DNA of 64,000 bases from Geosiphon pyriformis uo1 (taxonomy: Eukaryota; Fungi; Glomeromycota): positions 124,001-188,000 of the forward strand of contig JAAOMT010000543.1 in the NCBI GenBank assembly GCA_016748015.1. The letters are read 5' to 3'. The position numbers and the translations under genes were made by a program. This document shows positions 1 through 13,708 of the stretch, one piece after another (within the stretch, counting starts at the first letter, position 1; each line of letters opens with the position of its first letter). The notes below the pieces were generated by a model. It saw only the letters and a list, made by a program, of their open reading frames with translations, was not told the DNA's origin and did not search any database.

Positions 1-360
1 TCTGTGCTAAATACTGGGCTTTCATGGAGAAAAATGGGCTAATTCCATGTGATGGTTCTATCTCAGCTTCAGTTTTTGATTCTTCTATATTGTTTTCCTC
101 TGGTGTGGTTAGATTGTTGGGTGTTGCTGAGGCTTTTGGTGTTGGTTTTGGGTTTTGCAAGTCTTGTTTGTTTTTTTCTGGTATTGGTAACGAAATCTCC
201 ATTCATATAGGTGCTTAGTGTCATTTTGATTAGTCTGAATGACTAGTTACATATAGAAAAAGCATGATTCACACCTAATTTAAATCATTTGAATGGTGTA
301 TAGTACTAGGTTGCGTTTGGACTTCACTTATTAAAAAAATAAAATAAAAATAAAAAATAA
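1..360 (+). mobile_element. 3' end of LINE retrotransposon (ORF2 C-terminus, 3' UTR, A-rich tail)
   Basis: ORF 24-218 (MEKNGLIPCDGS...FFSGIGNEISIHIGA) aligns with the end of ORF 62243-62635 (MEKNGLISYDES...FFSGLDSVVLVYIDT). 219-335 matches the 3' UTR at 62636-62755 and is followed by an A-rich tail. Confidence 0.85.
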
Positions 361-3300
361 ACACAATTTTAAAAAGTAATATAAAAAAAATAAAAATATG
401 TGAAATTTTGTATAATAAGAAATATATATATATAATAGTAATATCAAAAAAAAGAAAACCATTTATAAATTCTTAGTTAGTTAAACAATAATATTCATAA
501 TATATTCTTTTCTTTAAAAATAATTTTTTATATCTTAAAATAGAATTATCTAAATATTAAATAAAATTATTATTTTATTATTTAATTTATGTTATTTTTT
601 TTATTAGATTAAAATTGTTATTTACTGATTTTCTTTGTAATTTATGCTAATAACATTTGTTACTTAATTACATAAGACCAATAACTCTTAATTATGATTA
701 TTAATAGGATACTAATTTTTTATTTTTTTTATTATTATTTTTATTTTACTTCTCTTTTATTTATTTTTGTTTTATGTTGTATACTAATTAATTAAAAAAT
801 TAAGTACTAAAATATTAACATTAAGAATAGCCTAAAAAAAACCCATGAAACAAGAATAAAACTTAAGAATAACTTATTAAAAAAACATAACTGCCAAATT
901 AAACCAGCCTTTACACTAAAAATAAATATTCAAAAAAACAACTATTAAGTAAATTTTTGTTTATTATACAAAAAACTCAACCAAAACCTTCAAAAATTAT
1001 TAATAATATAATTAGTTATTAAGCACCAAATTACAAGTTTGTTATTTATTCTAATGTCTCAAATAATTACTTATAATATTTAATACTCTTTATAAGATAT
1101 AATACAACAAAGAACAAGCACTAGTATTAACTATCTGAAAAAATAGCAGACCAAAAAATAATAGAAAAAAATTACTTAGGATTTATGAAATTTTTATTTC
1201 AATATTATCAAACTTACTTAAAGCTAACAAATAATTATTGACCAAAATTAATTTTTAATTTTTATATTAACAAAAAAATTGTATATTACTTAAAAAAACA
1301 AAAAAATTCAAATATTACTATTAAAATTTCTACAACAAACTATTATAACACACCAGTTTTTTACAAAATCATTGTTTTGTTCCAATAATTACAGAAATAA
1401 ATTATAAAATTAAAAAATACATCAAAGATTTTCTATCATCTTTACTAATAAAAAAAAGAAAAGTTACAAATTTTAGCAAAAGCCCCCAAAAAAATACAAC
1501 CATCTATCTAAAAAAGCCAAAAATTATTTTATTTATTAACTCATTATATTATTATATACTTAAAAGTATTATCAATATATTCTTAAGAATTATATTATTG
1601 TTAATTGTAAAGACACTTATAACTCAAATTTTATTTCAAAACAATTAGAGAAAATTATGATTATTGAGAATTTACAGTAATTATTTTGAAGAACTTAAAT
1701 TGTAACCAACAATGTCATCAGAACTTTAATTATTATCATTTTAACTTAATTTTAGATTCACCAGTAATTAGACAAATACTAATTTAAAAAAAAAATCAGT
1801 AATCAAAAAAATAATAAACAAAACCTAATTTCAAATAAACCAAAAATCCAAACTCTAATTGTTTAAACTTTAACAAATCTAAACAATTCAAATTTTACTC
1901 CTATTGTTAATAGCAACTTATCTCTAATTATCTGAATTAATTTTCTAATTGCATTAATAACTGCTTTTTAATAATCATTATAATAACTACTTATACCAAT
2001 GATCTATATGCTAATTGCAAAACTAGAAAAATTTATTGACAAAAAAAACAATGTTTAAGCATGGCTGAAAAATGTTGTAAAAGTTATTAGAGCCAATAGT
2101 TGAGTTAATTCTAAAGTATTTTAAGCCATTCTATATTTTTTATAAAATATTGCCAACTTATAATATTAAAGTTTGGTTAATAAGCCCCAAATCTTTAATG
2201 TATTTAAACAAAATTTCTTGCAGTATTTTAGCAATTAACACAGATTATTTTACAGTATTACAAATTTTGAATTAATTTATTCATAAATTATACAGTAGTT
2301 TGTTATAATAAGTATATCTATTATATTCAAATACACTCTAAGATACAGTCACTTATACTTAAAATTTTAAATTAGCTAAGTTCAAAACCAATTATACTCA
2401 AGTTGTAAATCTAATAATAAATAGATCATTTAAATTGAATTTAAAATTAAAACAATTTAGTAAATTAATTAATCAGAAATTAGAAAAATACTTAGTTAAT
2501 AATACAGCCATTTATTAATTTATTTAATGCTATAATAATCAAAAAAATTCAAATTGGTTCCAAAATCAGTCATATTTATTATTATTATCAAATCAATTAT
2601 GACAACAAAAAACACTAATTGTAAAACTAAAATGAGTAACCAACAATTAAAAAACCAATATTAAAACTCTAATTACCAGTTTCATATTCTGAATTATAAT
2701 CAGAATTAAAAATAATTTTAGTATCAAGTATTTTACCAGCCAATGATATAACAGTCATATATATATTTTTTATCTATTAAGTATTATAGTTTTAAGTATT
2801 TATTAATTATTACAGTTACAAGTAATTTATTAATTCCAACTAATTTAAATATCATCCCAAAATTTAACTTAATTAATTTCTAAAAACCAAAAGCTAAAAA
2901 TTATTTACACTTATTAAAATTAGAAATTAGTAATGATTTATATACTAATTGATTTTCAATTTATTAAACCAACAAATAAGATTATGCCAATGGAGTTTGG
3001 AAAGTAAGTATGCCCAAAACTCGAATTTTTAGAGCTATTTAAGTCTTTTAACTACCTTAGTAAACAACTTATTTAGCATTTTAAAAAATCCAAAAACACT
3101 ACTTATTAACAATATTTTATTAATAAATATCACAAAAAACAAATTACTTACAGTCATGTTTTTTTTTAAGCTAGAAAACTTAGTAGAAACATTATTATTT
3201 AGTAGAACTGTTTTTAATACCAAACCAATTATCACTATATATACTAATATTAAAGTTGATGATTATTCTATTAAGCTAATTTTTAATAGTGATTTAATAA

Positions 3301-4137
3301 ACAATATTATTACATAACAACTTATGAACTAATTAGATTACTAAGTTGATTAAGTTGTTAATGCCAAAATTATTATTGTTAATAGAATCACCAAGATTAT
3401 TAGTAAAATTGATAACTTTTCTTTTAAAATCAATAGCCTTATTGTACTAATCAAAGTTTTGATAATAAAAACTATCCAATACTAAGCTCTTATTAGTTAT
3501 AACTGGCTTACAAAAACCAATGCAATACTTAAATAAAATATTCAAAAGCTCTAACTAAATTATAATAGTCAGCAAAGTTAGATATTTGTTACTTATAATC
3601 ATTTTAAGACATATTTAAAAGAACAATATTAATAAATTGGAAAAAAAAAACCTACTTAGAAAGCATACTAAGTTTTTTGGACTAAAGAAAAACATAATAA
3701 ATTGTTGTTAGTACTTACTTAAAAAAAAAAGAGAAAAAAAAAAAAAAGACAAATTTTAAGTTAACACTTTTATAAACAAACCAGTTAATAGTTAATATAT
3801 TCATATTCGACATTAAAACCAAAAAAATAACCACTCTATATCTTACTTAAATACAAAAATTACAATAAAAAACTTTTATTTATGAAAGCTTGTATATTAC
3901 TAAAAAAAGAATATAAAATATATATCTGTTACTACTATAAAACTTGTTATTGAAAATACTTTGGATTACCAAAACAACAAAAAAAGTAAAACAATAAACT
4001 TTGTTTAGCTTGTAATAAAATTTTTTAGATAAAAAAATATAAAATAACATTTCTGGTTAAGAAAAAATATATAACAAATTATATCAATACACAATTTTTA
4101 TTAATAACTGAGTAAACAAAAAAATGTTAATAGATGT

Positions 4138-5156
4138 TGTTATTGGAGGTTTTTGGTCTTTTTTCTTGAATGTTGTAACTGTTTGTTGGTTGCAAATTTA
4201 CGTTTTCTAGAAGTAGTTGAACCTCCAGTAACTGAATTTATCTTCAAATTATCTCTTATAATTTGAACTGCTGGGCTTATAAGTGGAATGGCCAATTCTT
4301 TGCCAGTTACTTTATATAATTACATTGTAGTAAATGTCAACTCTTTCCCAGGAATTGCTCATCTGGAAGCTCACTAAAAATATGTGGTTACTTTGTTGTG
4401 AAAGTCAACTCTTCTACAGGAATTTTATCTGTAGGCTACCCTAATGATTGTAATAAAAAAAGAAAAGAAAAATAAAAAAAATGTAAAAAAAATAGGATTT
4501 TATCAAGGGAAATGTTTTTCTATCCAGGCCTGGAGTCACTAACAGATTACTGAAATTGGTAGTTAATCAATTTCAAAATGTTAGTTGTGTTGAGGGAATT
4601 TCAAGTGTAATAATTTTAAGGATTTGGTTTTCGAATATTTTAATTTTTATTTGATTTTGTAAAAGGTGATTTGTTCCAATTAAGATATTTGAAGTAAGTT
4701 ACTATAGTAAGATATATTTTCTTGAAGAAAAAAGCTCTTTTTTTATACAACTTGTTGTAGTACTAGTCTATGAACTTGCACTTTTTCTCTTTGCTCAAAT
4801 TTCGGCAAACTAAAGATACATTTTGATGAACTACAAGTTATTTCGCTGAACTATTAATTAATTTGGGTGAACTATTCATAATTTCGGCGAATTTCTATAA
4901 ATTTCGGCGAATTTCTTATAAATTTCGGCGAATTTCTGTAAATTTCAGCGAATTTTAGAATGTTATAAAGTTCAGAGTATTGTGTAATTTGATCATCCTA
5001 CTTTCTGTTATACTAATTGGATTATTTAATTGAATCATGATATGTAATAATTGATTAAATAATAAATGATAATTTGAAATGATATTAATATACTAATTAT
5101 AAGAATTATAAGGGTAATTTTTCTGCTAATTAATAGCTAAAATTCTACTGGTAACA
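4138..5156 (-). repeat. 3' LTR of B2
   Basis: TGTTA...GTAACA termini. Near-identical to 19889-20846 apart from a ~61-bp tandem expansion at ~4880-4955. Confidence 0.92.
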
Positions 5157-5159
5157 TAA

Positions 5160-5833
5160 TCTTTTTCTTAAGACTGAGCTCCATTAAAGTCCAAGCATTA
5201 TCTGTAATATTGAGATAGTGATCCAAAATAATTGAAGTAATCTGGTCTGAAAATTGTTGAAATTTCAGTTCTGTGAGTTTGTCAATGTATTGGACTTTTA
5301 TTGGTTGCAGTATTAGATTTTGTAGAACATTTTCACAAATTATAGAGTCTAAAAGCTGCTCTAAGTTTGTAGCAAGTGTTTGTTAGTCCAGCTGCTGTTT
5401 TGAATTCATTGTAGATTTGCTTTTGTATAGCTTCAGGAGTGAGATTTGTTGCTTCAAGTTCCAGTTTTCGTTCATAAAGTGTCTTTCCAATATGAAAGTA
5501 TTTATAGATAGGGGTGTATTCATTGTTCTGTTTATTGAGAAGTAGTAGAAGTTTTTGTTACATTGTAGCATTTGGTGAAATGTCAATAGGAACAATTAAA
5601 AGATTTTCTTCCAGTGCTTGCTTCAAAAGTCTTGGTAACCTATTTTCAGAGTGACTTCTTGTTTTTTTTCTATAGAGGTGATAGTTCTGTGAATAATTTG
5701 CTACTGGGGCTGTGGTTTTTTTCTGAATATAATTAATTTGACTTCTATTAATTATTATGGATAAATCAGAAAGTGTTTTCAAGGCTAACATTAACTTTTG
5801 GAATATTTGTTGAATATTTCGGAGAATAATCAT
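5160..5833 (-). pseudogene. B2 ORF3 (env-position accessory ORF, unknown function)
   Basis: ORF 5558-5833 (MIILRNIQQIFQKLMLALKT...) is homologous to B1 ORF 13821-14315. It lies between the pol remnant and the PPT. Confidence 0.75.
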
Positions 5834-5894
5834 AATAAAATTGACTAATTATGAAAAGAAAGAATAAAGAAAATTATTTTTGGATATGGAGTTT

Positions 5895-6222
5895 TTATTT
5901 GTTTTTGGGTTTATCTTTTGGGTCCATTTCAACTTGCCAGTATCCACTTTCCAGATCTAAAGTTGAGAAGAACTTGGCTTTTCTTAGAGCATTTAGCATG
6001 TCATCAATTCTTGGAAGAAGATAGACATCTCCAATTATAACACTATTTAGTTGTCTATAATCAACACAAAATCTGATTTTTCCGTTTTTCTTTTTAACTA
6101 AAACTACTGGTGAGGCCCAAGAACTTCTTGATAGTTGAATCAATCCGTTATTGAGCATTCTTTGGACCTCTTCTCTGATGAATTGGTACCTGGCAGGTGG
6201 CACTTGATAAGCTTGTTGACAT
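5895..6222 (-). pseudogene. B2 reverse transcriptase N-terminal fragment
   Basis: SSWASPVVLVKKKNGKIRFCVDYRQLN...FSTLDLESGYWQV, then an abrupt junction to the ORF3 leader. Confidence 0.9.
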
Positions 6223-7197
6223 TGTTACCATATGAAATTAGAGATATTATTTAGCATAAAATTATCTTATAATTCCTATCATTAATTAACATATATTATC
6301 ATTTCAAATTATCACTTATTACATTAGCAAAAATGTCCGAAATTATCATTTAATTAATAACCCAAATTGTACACAACACAAATGTAACCTAATTACGATG
6401 ATCAATCATGCAATACCCCAAACTATGTAACATTCAAAAGTTTGCCAAAATTTATAGAAATTCGCCGAAATAATTAATAGTTCACCAAAATATCTAATAG
6501 TTCACAAAAATAACTTGTAGTTCATCAAAATGTATCTTTAGTTCAGCGAAATTGTAGAAAATAACAAAGTTCAAGTTCATAAAATAGTGTTATGACAAGT
6601 TGTATAAAAGAAAAGCTTCTCTCTTTGAGAAAATGTATCTTACTTTAGATTTATCACTTAGAACCATTCCTATACACACAAAAAGAAATAAATATCAAAT
6701 AATTTGAAAAACCAAGTTCTTTAATTATTGCACTTGGAAAATCCCCAAAACCCAACTAACATTTCGAAATTAATTAGCTACTAATTTCAGTAAACTGTTA
6801 GTGACTTCAGGCCTAGATAGAAAACGTTTCCCTTGACAGAATTCTATTTCTTTTACATTTCTTTTATTTTTCTTTTCTTTTCTTTTTTTTCAATCATTAG
6901 GATAGTCTACAGACAAGATTTCTGTAGAAGAGTTGACTTTCACAGCAAAGTAACTATACATTTTAGTGAGCTTCCAGACAAGCAATTCCTGGGAAAGAGT
7001 TGATGTTTACTACAACATAACTACATAAAGTAACTGGCACGGAATTGGCCATTCCACTTATAAGCCCAGCAGTTCAAATTATAGGAGATAATTTGAAGAT
7101 AAATTCAGTTATTGAAGGTTCAACCACATCCAGAAAATGTGAATTCACAGCAAACAAGCATCAACAACATTTAAGAAAAGAGACCAAAAATCTCTGG
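6223..7197 (+). repeat. 5' LTR of B1
   Basis: Starts TGTTACCA and is collinear with 14519-15478. Confidence 0.92.
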
Positions 7198-7304
7198 NNN
7201 NNNNNNNNNNNNNNNNNACCAGACACAACAACTCTAGAGTATTACCAATCAATTTACACCCACTGCAAGCAAAGATTCAACATTCAGATGTGTATAAGAG
7301 ACAG
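7198..7304. other. Assembly gap (20 N, 7198-7217) and Nextera/Tn5 mosaic-end adapter (7286-7304)
   Basis: Exact 19-mer AGATGTGTATAAGAGACAG. Gag sequence present in B2 is missing at this point in B1. Confidence 0.95.
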
Positions 7305-10300
7305 CTCTGAGACAGCAGCAAACAAAGAAAACAACTCTGAAATAACTGAAGAAGAATCAATAGACAGTGGAAACAAAGAAGATAAAATGACAACAGACAT
7401 TGCAAAAATCCCTGAATTCAATAGAGAAGATATTAAGACCAGTCCCCAAGAATGGCTCGACCAAGTTACTAAAGCTGGAGATGCAAATGGATGGAATGCT
7501 GCCAGAATGTTAAGAACAATTCTTTACTTTCTTAAAGGAACAGCAGAAGAATGGTTTAAAAACTTGGCTGTCCCATTCAATGATTGGAATGCTTTCAAAG
7601 CAGCCTTTCTTGAACAGTTTACTGACAATAATACCTCTATCACCCTTCGTAATTGTTTTCGAAATATCAAACAAAAACCCTCCGAATCTGTTATGACTTA
7701 TATTGGGAAATTTAACAAACTTCTTAGATGAATTCGCCAACTCGAAACAAATGATTATTATTCTGATGCTCAAATCTTGGATTAATTTATCACTGGTCTA
7801 AAAGATAAACTAATTAAAAAAATTCGCCCACATGTACCAGAAGATTTAAACTCTGCCATACAGCATGTGAAAAGATACGAAATGGTCATGAAAGAGGCCA
7901 ATCGCACAAAACTTGTAAATTTGGCAATTGGAGAAACCAGCTCAGCAGCTGAGAAAAAAATTGACCAACTCACAAAGAAGGTTGAAAACTATTTCACCAA
8001 TCAACAACAGCAACCCCAAAGATATCAACCACCCCAAAGACAAAATCAAAATAACTTTGCACCACTTTCCAATAACCAGCCTCAAAATTGCCATTACTGT
8101 GGAATCTCTGGCCACTGGAAAAGAGATTGCAGAAAGCTACAACAAGACCAACAAAATAGGAGTAATCAATATTACCCTCCACCATAGCAATCTTATTATC
8201 AACCGCCACCACTAGCTTACTATCTACCAAGACCCCAATACCAAAATAACTATTATCAGTCTGCCCCACAGCCAATCCAACAGCAATACCAACAACCACT
8301 TACACAACATTATTAAGTACCTGCTCGAAGACTGCTTACACAGAATCAATTCACACCACAAAACCGATACCAAGTAAACAACAATAGAATCAGTTCAAAT
8401 AACCAATTGGTTTCTCGAAATTCCACTCAACCAAGACCCAACCACTACCATACTCAACCCAGTTATTTAACAATGCCAAAAGAACAGAATTTTCATCATA
8501 CTGCACCATTGGAAGATAGAGCTGCAGCACAACAACAAAACCCTTCCTATACTCTTACCACAATCCCACCAGCCAGAATTGCTGAAAACGCTAATCTTTC
8601 AGATATATTCCCTTTTGAATTCGAAGTAAATGAGTCGCCGTTTCTGCTTAGCAATGCAGTTGCCAATAAACAAAAAGCAATCATGGCTATGTACACTGAA
8701 GCAGAAGTCGAAGAAAAAACAATTCACTTGATCCTAGACAGTGGATCTGCCAGAAGCATTATCACCTACCAGTTAATGCAACAGTTGAAAAGAAATGTCG
8801 ACCGACCAGCTCAAACAGTAATCGTCACTGCCAATGGCATGAAAAAGACCCCAGTAGGAAAAATTGACAATTTTTCATTCACTCTTGATGGAATCACCAT
8901 TCTAGTCAAAGTTTTTATAATGGACACACCTCAGTACCAAGCTCTCGTCGGAAATGATTGGCTTTAAAAAGCCAATGCTAATCTGAATTGGGAAACACAA
9001 GAATTAACAATCTCCTACCAAGGACAACACGCCCGAGTACCTGCCACTTGTAGTACATTCAACAAACACTTTGAAAAAGCCCCAGCTTTTGAATTCGAAC
9101 TGGAAGAGGAAAAATCCCTCATTGAAACATTCATGGCTCTTAGATCAACATCCAACTGGGCCGATGAAATAGAACAAGAACATTTTACCCTGCACTCTGA
9201 ACCCAAAACCTCTAGATGGAATATCTCTTACTCAAAGCCTGAACCAAAAAAACAATGCCTCTATATTCCCCTTAAATGTAAGGACTGCCACAAAAAACTA
9301 TCGTTAATGGGAGCCTGCATTTCACCTGAAGAAGAATATGAAAATCATACTTGTTATTACTGCAAGGCTTGTCACAAAGAACGATGGGGCCATCTAATAA
9401 AAAGGAGCGGAAAATGAGACAACACCCCTTGTTTGACTTGTGGAGATATGCTACTGGAAGAATGCAATTGGATTGATGTAGCCATGAGAGGAGGAGTTTG
9501 CGATCAGACCTGCCAATATGCTTTATCAATTTCAGAAAAAGTAAAAAGAGGAACACCCTTTAATGCAGCATACAACAGTGCTCTCAACAAACTTTATCAC
9601 TACCTCCATGATGCTGAGATAATTTTCGACCTAGCAATGACATTAATTAATGGAGCTACTAAAGAAGATGTTCACCAAATGAAGGAAGCAAAATACATTG
9701 AATACACCATGGAATTAGCTGGATTTAATTACGAAGATGAAGTAGAAGTCTACCACCAAATTGCAAGTCACACCTACCCAACTCAAGAAGCTCAAATTCA
9801 ATGATTAGAGTAAATAAATATTAGGTTATGTGAAGAATGCATTATGCCTTGCGATGAACAGTGGTGTCCAGAATGCTATGCTCTTAGTATCTCTTTGCCC
9901 AGCAAAAATAATGAGAATGAAATTGAATTTGGAGAACCTGAAGCAACAGAAGAAATTGAAACAACACCTATCTATCTTATCGAAAATCAGCCTGTCTTAT
10001 AACTTAAATACTTCAACAACAACGGACAAGGAATAAAATCTGAAAAAGCACACGAAATTGATGTTGGATATGACCTAAGATATCCAGGCAAAGATACTCT
10101 TGTTCTCAAACCCAAATCTCTCACAAAAATCAACCTCAAAATTGCACTTAAAATCCCACCAAGAGCAATGGTTCAAATTACCTCTCGGTCTTTTCTGGCA
10201 AGCAAAGAAATCAATGTTAGAGGAGGAATAATTGATGCTAAATATACTGGAGACATTACAGTGATGCTTCAAAATGAAACTGACAAACCATTCAAGATCG

Positions 10301-13300
10301 AACATGCTGAGAAAATTGCCCAAGCTATTTACCTACCCTTAATCAACATTTCGGGTTTGCAACTAATCAATCAAAGAGAACAATTAGGAAAAAGCAATAG
10401 AGGAACCCAAGGTTTTGGTTTAACTGGACAATTCACAGTTCCAATTAACATAGCTCTTAACACACGGAACAAATCCCACCAGATTTTCAGACTTCCACAA
10501 CCGATTACCATTTCACCCTTTGGAGAACATCCAAAAATCTACACCTGCCCAAAGCCAACAACCACACAACAAATTTTTGAGTCCAATAAACAAGTCTGCT
10601 TGGAACATAATATTTCGATCCCAAACATTTATATTCCAGAAAGAACAAAGAAAGTCTGAGTTACTTTTTACAACCCCAATAATTACCCCATAATTTTATT
10701 AAATAATTTAGAAATTGGAGTTATTCACAGTAATATATTTCAACAAGAATTACCCCAAACAGTCCCCAATTTCTCTGAAATTATTGGACATTCCATACCA
10801 AAAATCAACCCAAACCCCAGCTCCAAAAACTACTATGTTGTTATGGAAAAACTATCTCAAATCAACATGGGACAACTTGAACCACAACAACAGACCCAGC
10901 TCAAAGAGCTAATTGTAAAATTTGCCAATATCTTTGCTGAAAACAACAATGACTTAGGAAGAACCAATTTGGTCCAACACCAAATTTATACAGAAGATAC
11001 CAAACCAAGAAGACAACAAGCATATCAAATTGCTCCAGAAAGCCACCAATTCATCTAAGAAGAAGTACAACGAATTCTTAACAATGAGCTCATCCAACCC
11101 TCTATGAGTCCTTGGGCTTCACCTGTAGTGCTAGTTAAAAAAAAAATAGAAAGATCTGATTTTGTATTGACTATCGACAACTCAACAGTGTTACAATTAG
11201 AGATGCCTACTCCCTTTCCCGAATTGATGACATGTTAGATGCCCTTAGAAAATCCAAATACTTTTCAATACTAGATTTAGAAAGTGGTTACTGGCAAGTT
11301 GCTATGGATCCTAAAGATCACCCCAAAACAGCATTCACCACCCAAGGCGGAAATTACGAGTTCAATGTAATGCCTTTTGGATTATGCAATGCACCAGCAA
11401 TGTTTCAGAGATTAATAGATGTTGTGTACCAAGAATTTCTTTGAAAATCAGTAGTCGTTTATCTTGACAATACTGATGTTTATTCTCCATCATTCGAATT
11501 ACACCTAAAACACTTGCGAGAAGTTTTTCAACGATTACAAAAAGCAGGACTAAAACTCAATATCAAAAAATGCTACTTTGGAAAAACAAGCCTGGTCTTC
11601 CTTGGTTATATCATTAGTAAAGATGGAATTAAACCAGATCCTAAAAAATCAGCATTGTCAAAAACTTCAAAACTCCTTGAAACACTACAGAACTAAGAGG
11701 ATTCATAGGATTAGCATTCTATTATCAGAAGTTTATCAAAGGATTTTTGGAAATTGCAAAACCCCTCAACCAGCTCACCACCAAAAAACGTTGAATACAA
11801 ATGGACTACCGAACACCAAAAAGCTTTTGAAATTCTCAAAGAAAAACTGACAACAGCTCCAATTCTCGCCTACCCGGATTTCAGCAACCGATTTCGACTA
11901 GCTACAGATGCTTTTTATACTGCCTTTGGTGCTGTCTTATCACAACTAGATGACAACGGAAATAAGCAAGTAATTGCTTATGCTAGCAGAACATTAAAAC
12001 CAGCTGAGAAAAACTACCCTGCCACAGAACTAAAAACAGCAGTCGGTAATTTGGGCCCTACACCACTTCAACCTTTATCTCAGGCCTAAAAAATTCAATA
12101 TTATCACTGATAATATTGGACTCAAATGGCTTCAGAACAAAAATACTCAGCTGAATGCAAAACAAACCTGATGGACAGAATTTCTAGCAAACTATCGATA
12201 CATAGTACATCACAAACCAGGAAAACTCCACACCAATATTGACTGTCTCTCCAGAATGAAACAAGATTAGAAAAACACAAAAACCAACACTCAACTTAAC
12301 CAACCAAAAGAGCCAACAAACAATGAATTCGGAAAACTACAATAATCTCAAACAATATTTGGAAACATTAACAATCCCAACAGATTGGTCTCCAGATGAA
12401 AAACATCGACTACAACAACAAGCCAAACAATATTTTCTACACAACAACATTATTTATTACCAAAATTTCAAAAACCCAGACAAACCATTCAGATTAATAC
12501 AAGAACAGAAAAAAGAGACTATATTATACAACATGCATTCAAATCCTTCATCAGCCTACTTTGGAAAAGACAGCACCACCCAAAGAATACTAGAATACTA
12601 CTTTTGGCCTCGAATGAGAAAAGACATTTACAAATATATCGAATCTTGTGATAGTTGTCAAAAAAGAGGAGAAACTTGCTCTACAGAACCTTTAAACCCA
12701 ATCAAAGTTGAACAGCCTTTTGACAGAGTTGGTATCGATTTAGTCAGACCACTACATATCACAAACCAAGGAAACTACTACATTGTAGTAGCCGTAAACT
12801 ATTTTACCAAATGGCCTGAAGCCAGAGCCATTCAATGGGCAGATGCAAAATCAGTAGCAAATTTCATCTACAAAGACATTATTTGTAGACATGGATGCCC
12901 AATAGAACTTTTATTTGATCAAGAAACACATTTCGTGAACAATTTAATCCAGGAAATTTGTGGACGATTTAATGTCAAGAGATCATTATCTTCACCCTAC
13001 CATCCACAAACAAATGGACTGGTAGAACAGTTTAATAGAACATTGTATGAATCATTAGCCAAAGTTTCAACCAATTTTGAGCAAGAATGGGATCTCTTTA
13101 TTCCATCAGTGTTACTAGCATATAGGACACTAAAACAAGATACCACAAAACACACACCATTTGATTTAACTTATGGAAGAATAGCAACGTTACCAATTAG
13201 TTTCACAGTAGAAACATACCCAGTACAACCAATCAATGAAAACAATTTCCAAGAAACACTGCAACGAAGAGCCTACACTCTGCTTAGCACATTGGAAGGA

Positions 13301-13708
13301 AAACAACAAATAGCAGCCACCCATATTGAACACTTCCAAGCTTAACAAAAAAAATGGCATGATGACAAATTGCCTCCAGTCACCAATAAATTTAAAATTG
13401 GAAACAAAGTTCTCTTACACAGAACTAAAGCTGAAAAACAATGGAGTGGAAAATTTGAAAATAAATGGGATAGACCATTCTTTATCCATGAAGTTTTAGG
13501 CAATGGATCATACAAGCTAAGACTTGATGACAAAATTCTAGCAAAAGTTGCACATGGAGATCGTTTGAAACACTATAATTCCAGAAACAATTCTGAACTA
13601 TTAATTCCACAAATTGGTACACATTCCCCTTTAATCAATCCCGAAGACATTCCCCGAAATTTAAAACCAATAGTTGTTATTGAACAGCCTTACAACTTGA
13701 ACACTTAA
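7218..13708 (+). pseudogene. B1 gag-pol polyprotein (Gag-CCHC, aspartic protease, Cys-rich region, dUTPase, RT, RNase H, integrase), disrupted
   Basis: CHYCGISGHWKRDC knuckle; LILDSGS protease; RT FSILDLESGYWQV and VMPFGLCNAPA; RH LATDA and VIAYASR; integrase HHCC remnant, GIDL and SPYHPQTNG; C-terminal GPF/SH3-like domain. Many stops and frameshifts. Confidence 0.93.
10040..10430 (+). pseudogene. dUTPase domain within B1 pol
   Basis: Motifs (A/V)GYDL, SRSFLA, GIIDAKYTG, KIAQAI and RGTQGFG occur in the canonical order of trimeric dUTPases. Confidence 0.9.

Noticed and set aside
4880-4955. Short repeats resembling a CRISPR array
   Set aside because: The units are directly tandem with no unique spacers, lie inside an LTR, and have no cas genes nearby.
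7286-7304. Tn5 end as evidence of a bacterial transposon
   Set aside because: It is the synthetic mosaic-end sequence, single, next to an N-gap and without a Tn5 transposase. It is a library adapter.
7994-8299. Hydrophobic Val-rich ORFs (also 18148-18516)
   Set aside because: Antisense shadows of the Gln/Pro/Asn-rich gag region.
13370-13708. Chromodomain at the integrase C-terminus
   Set aside because: The sequence fits the GPF/SH3-like integrase tail, and no chromodomain aromatic-cage pattern is visible.
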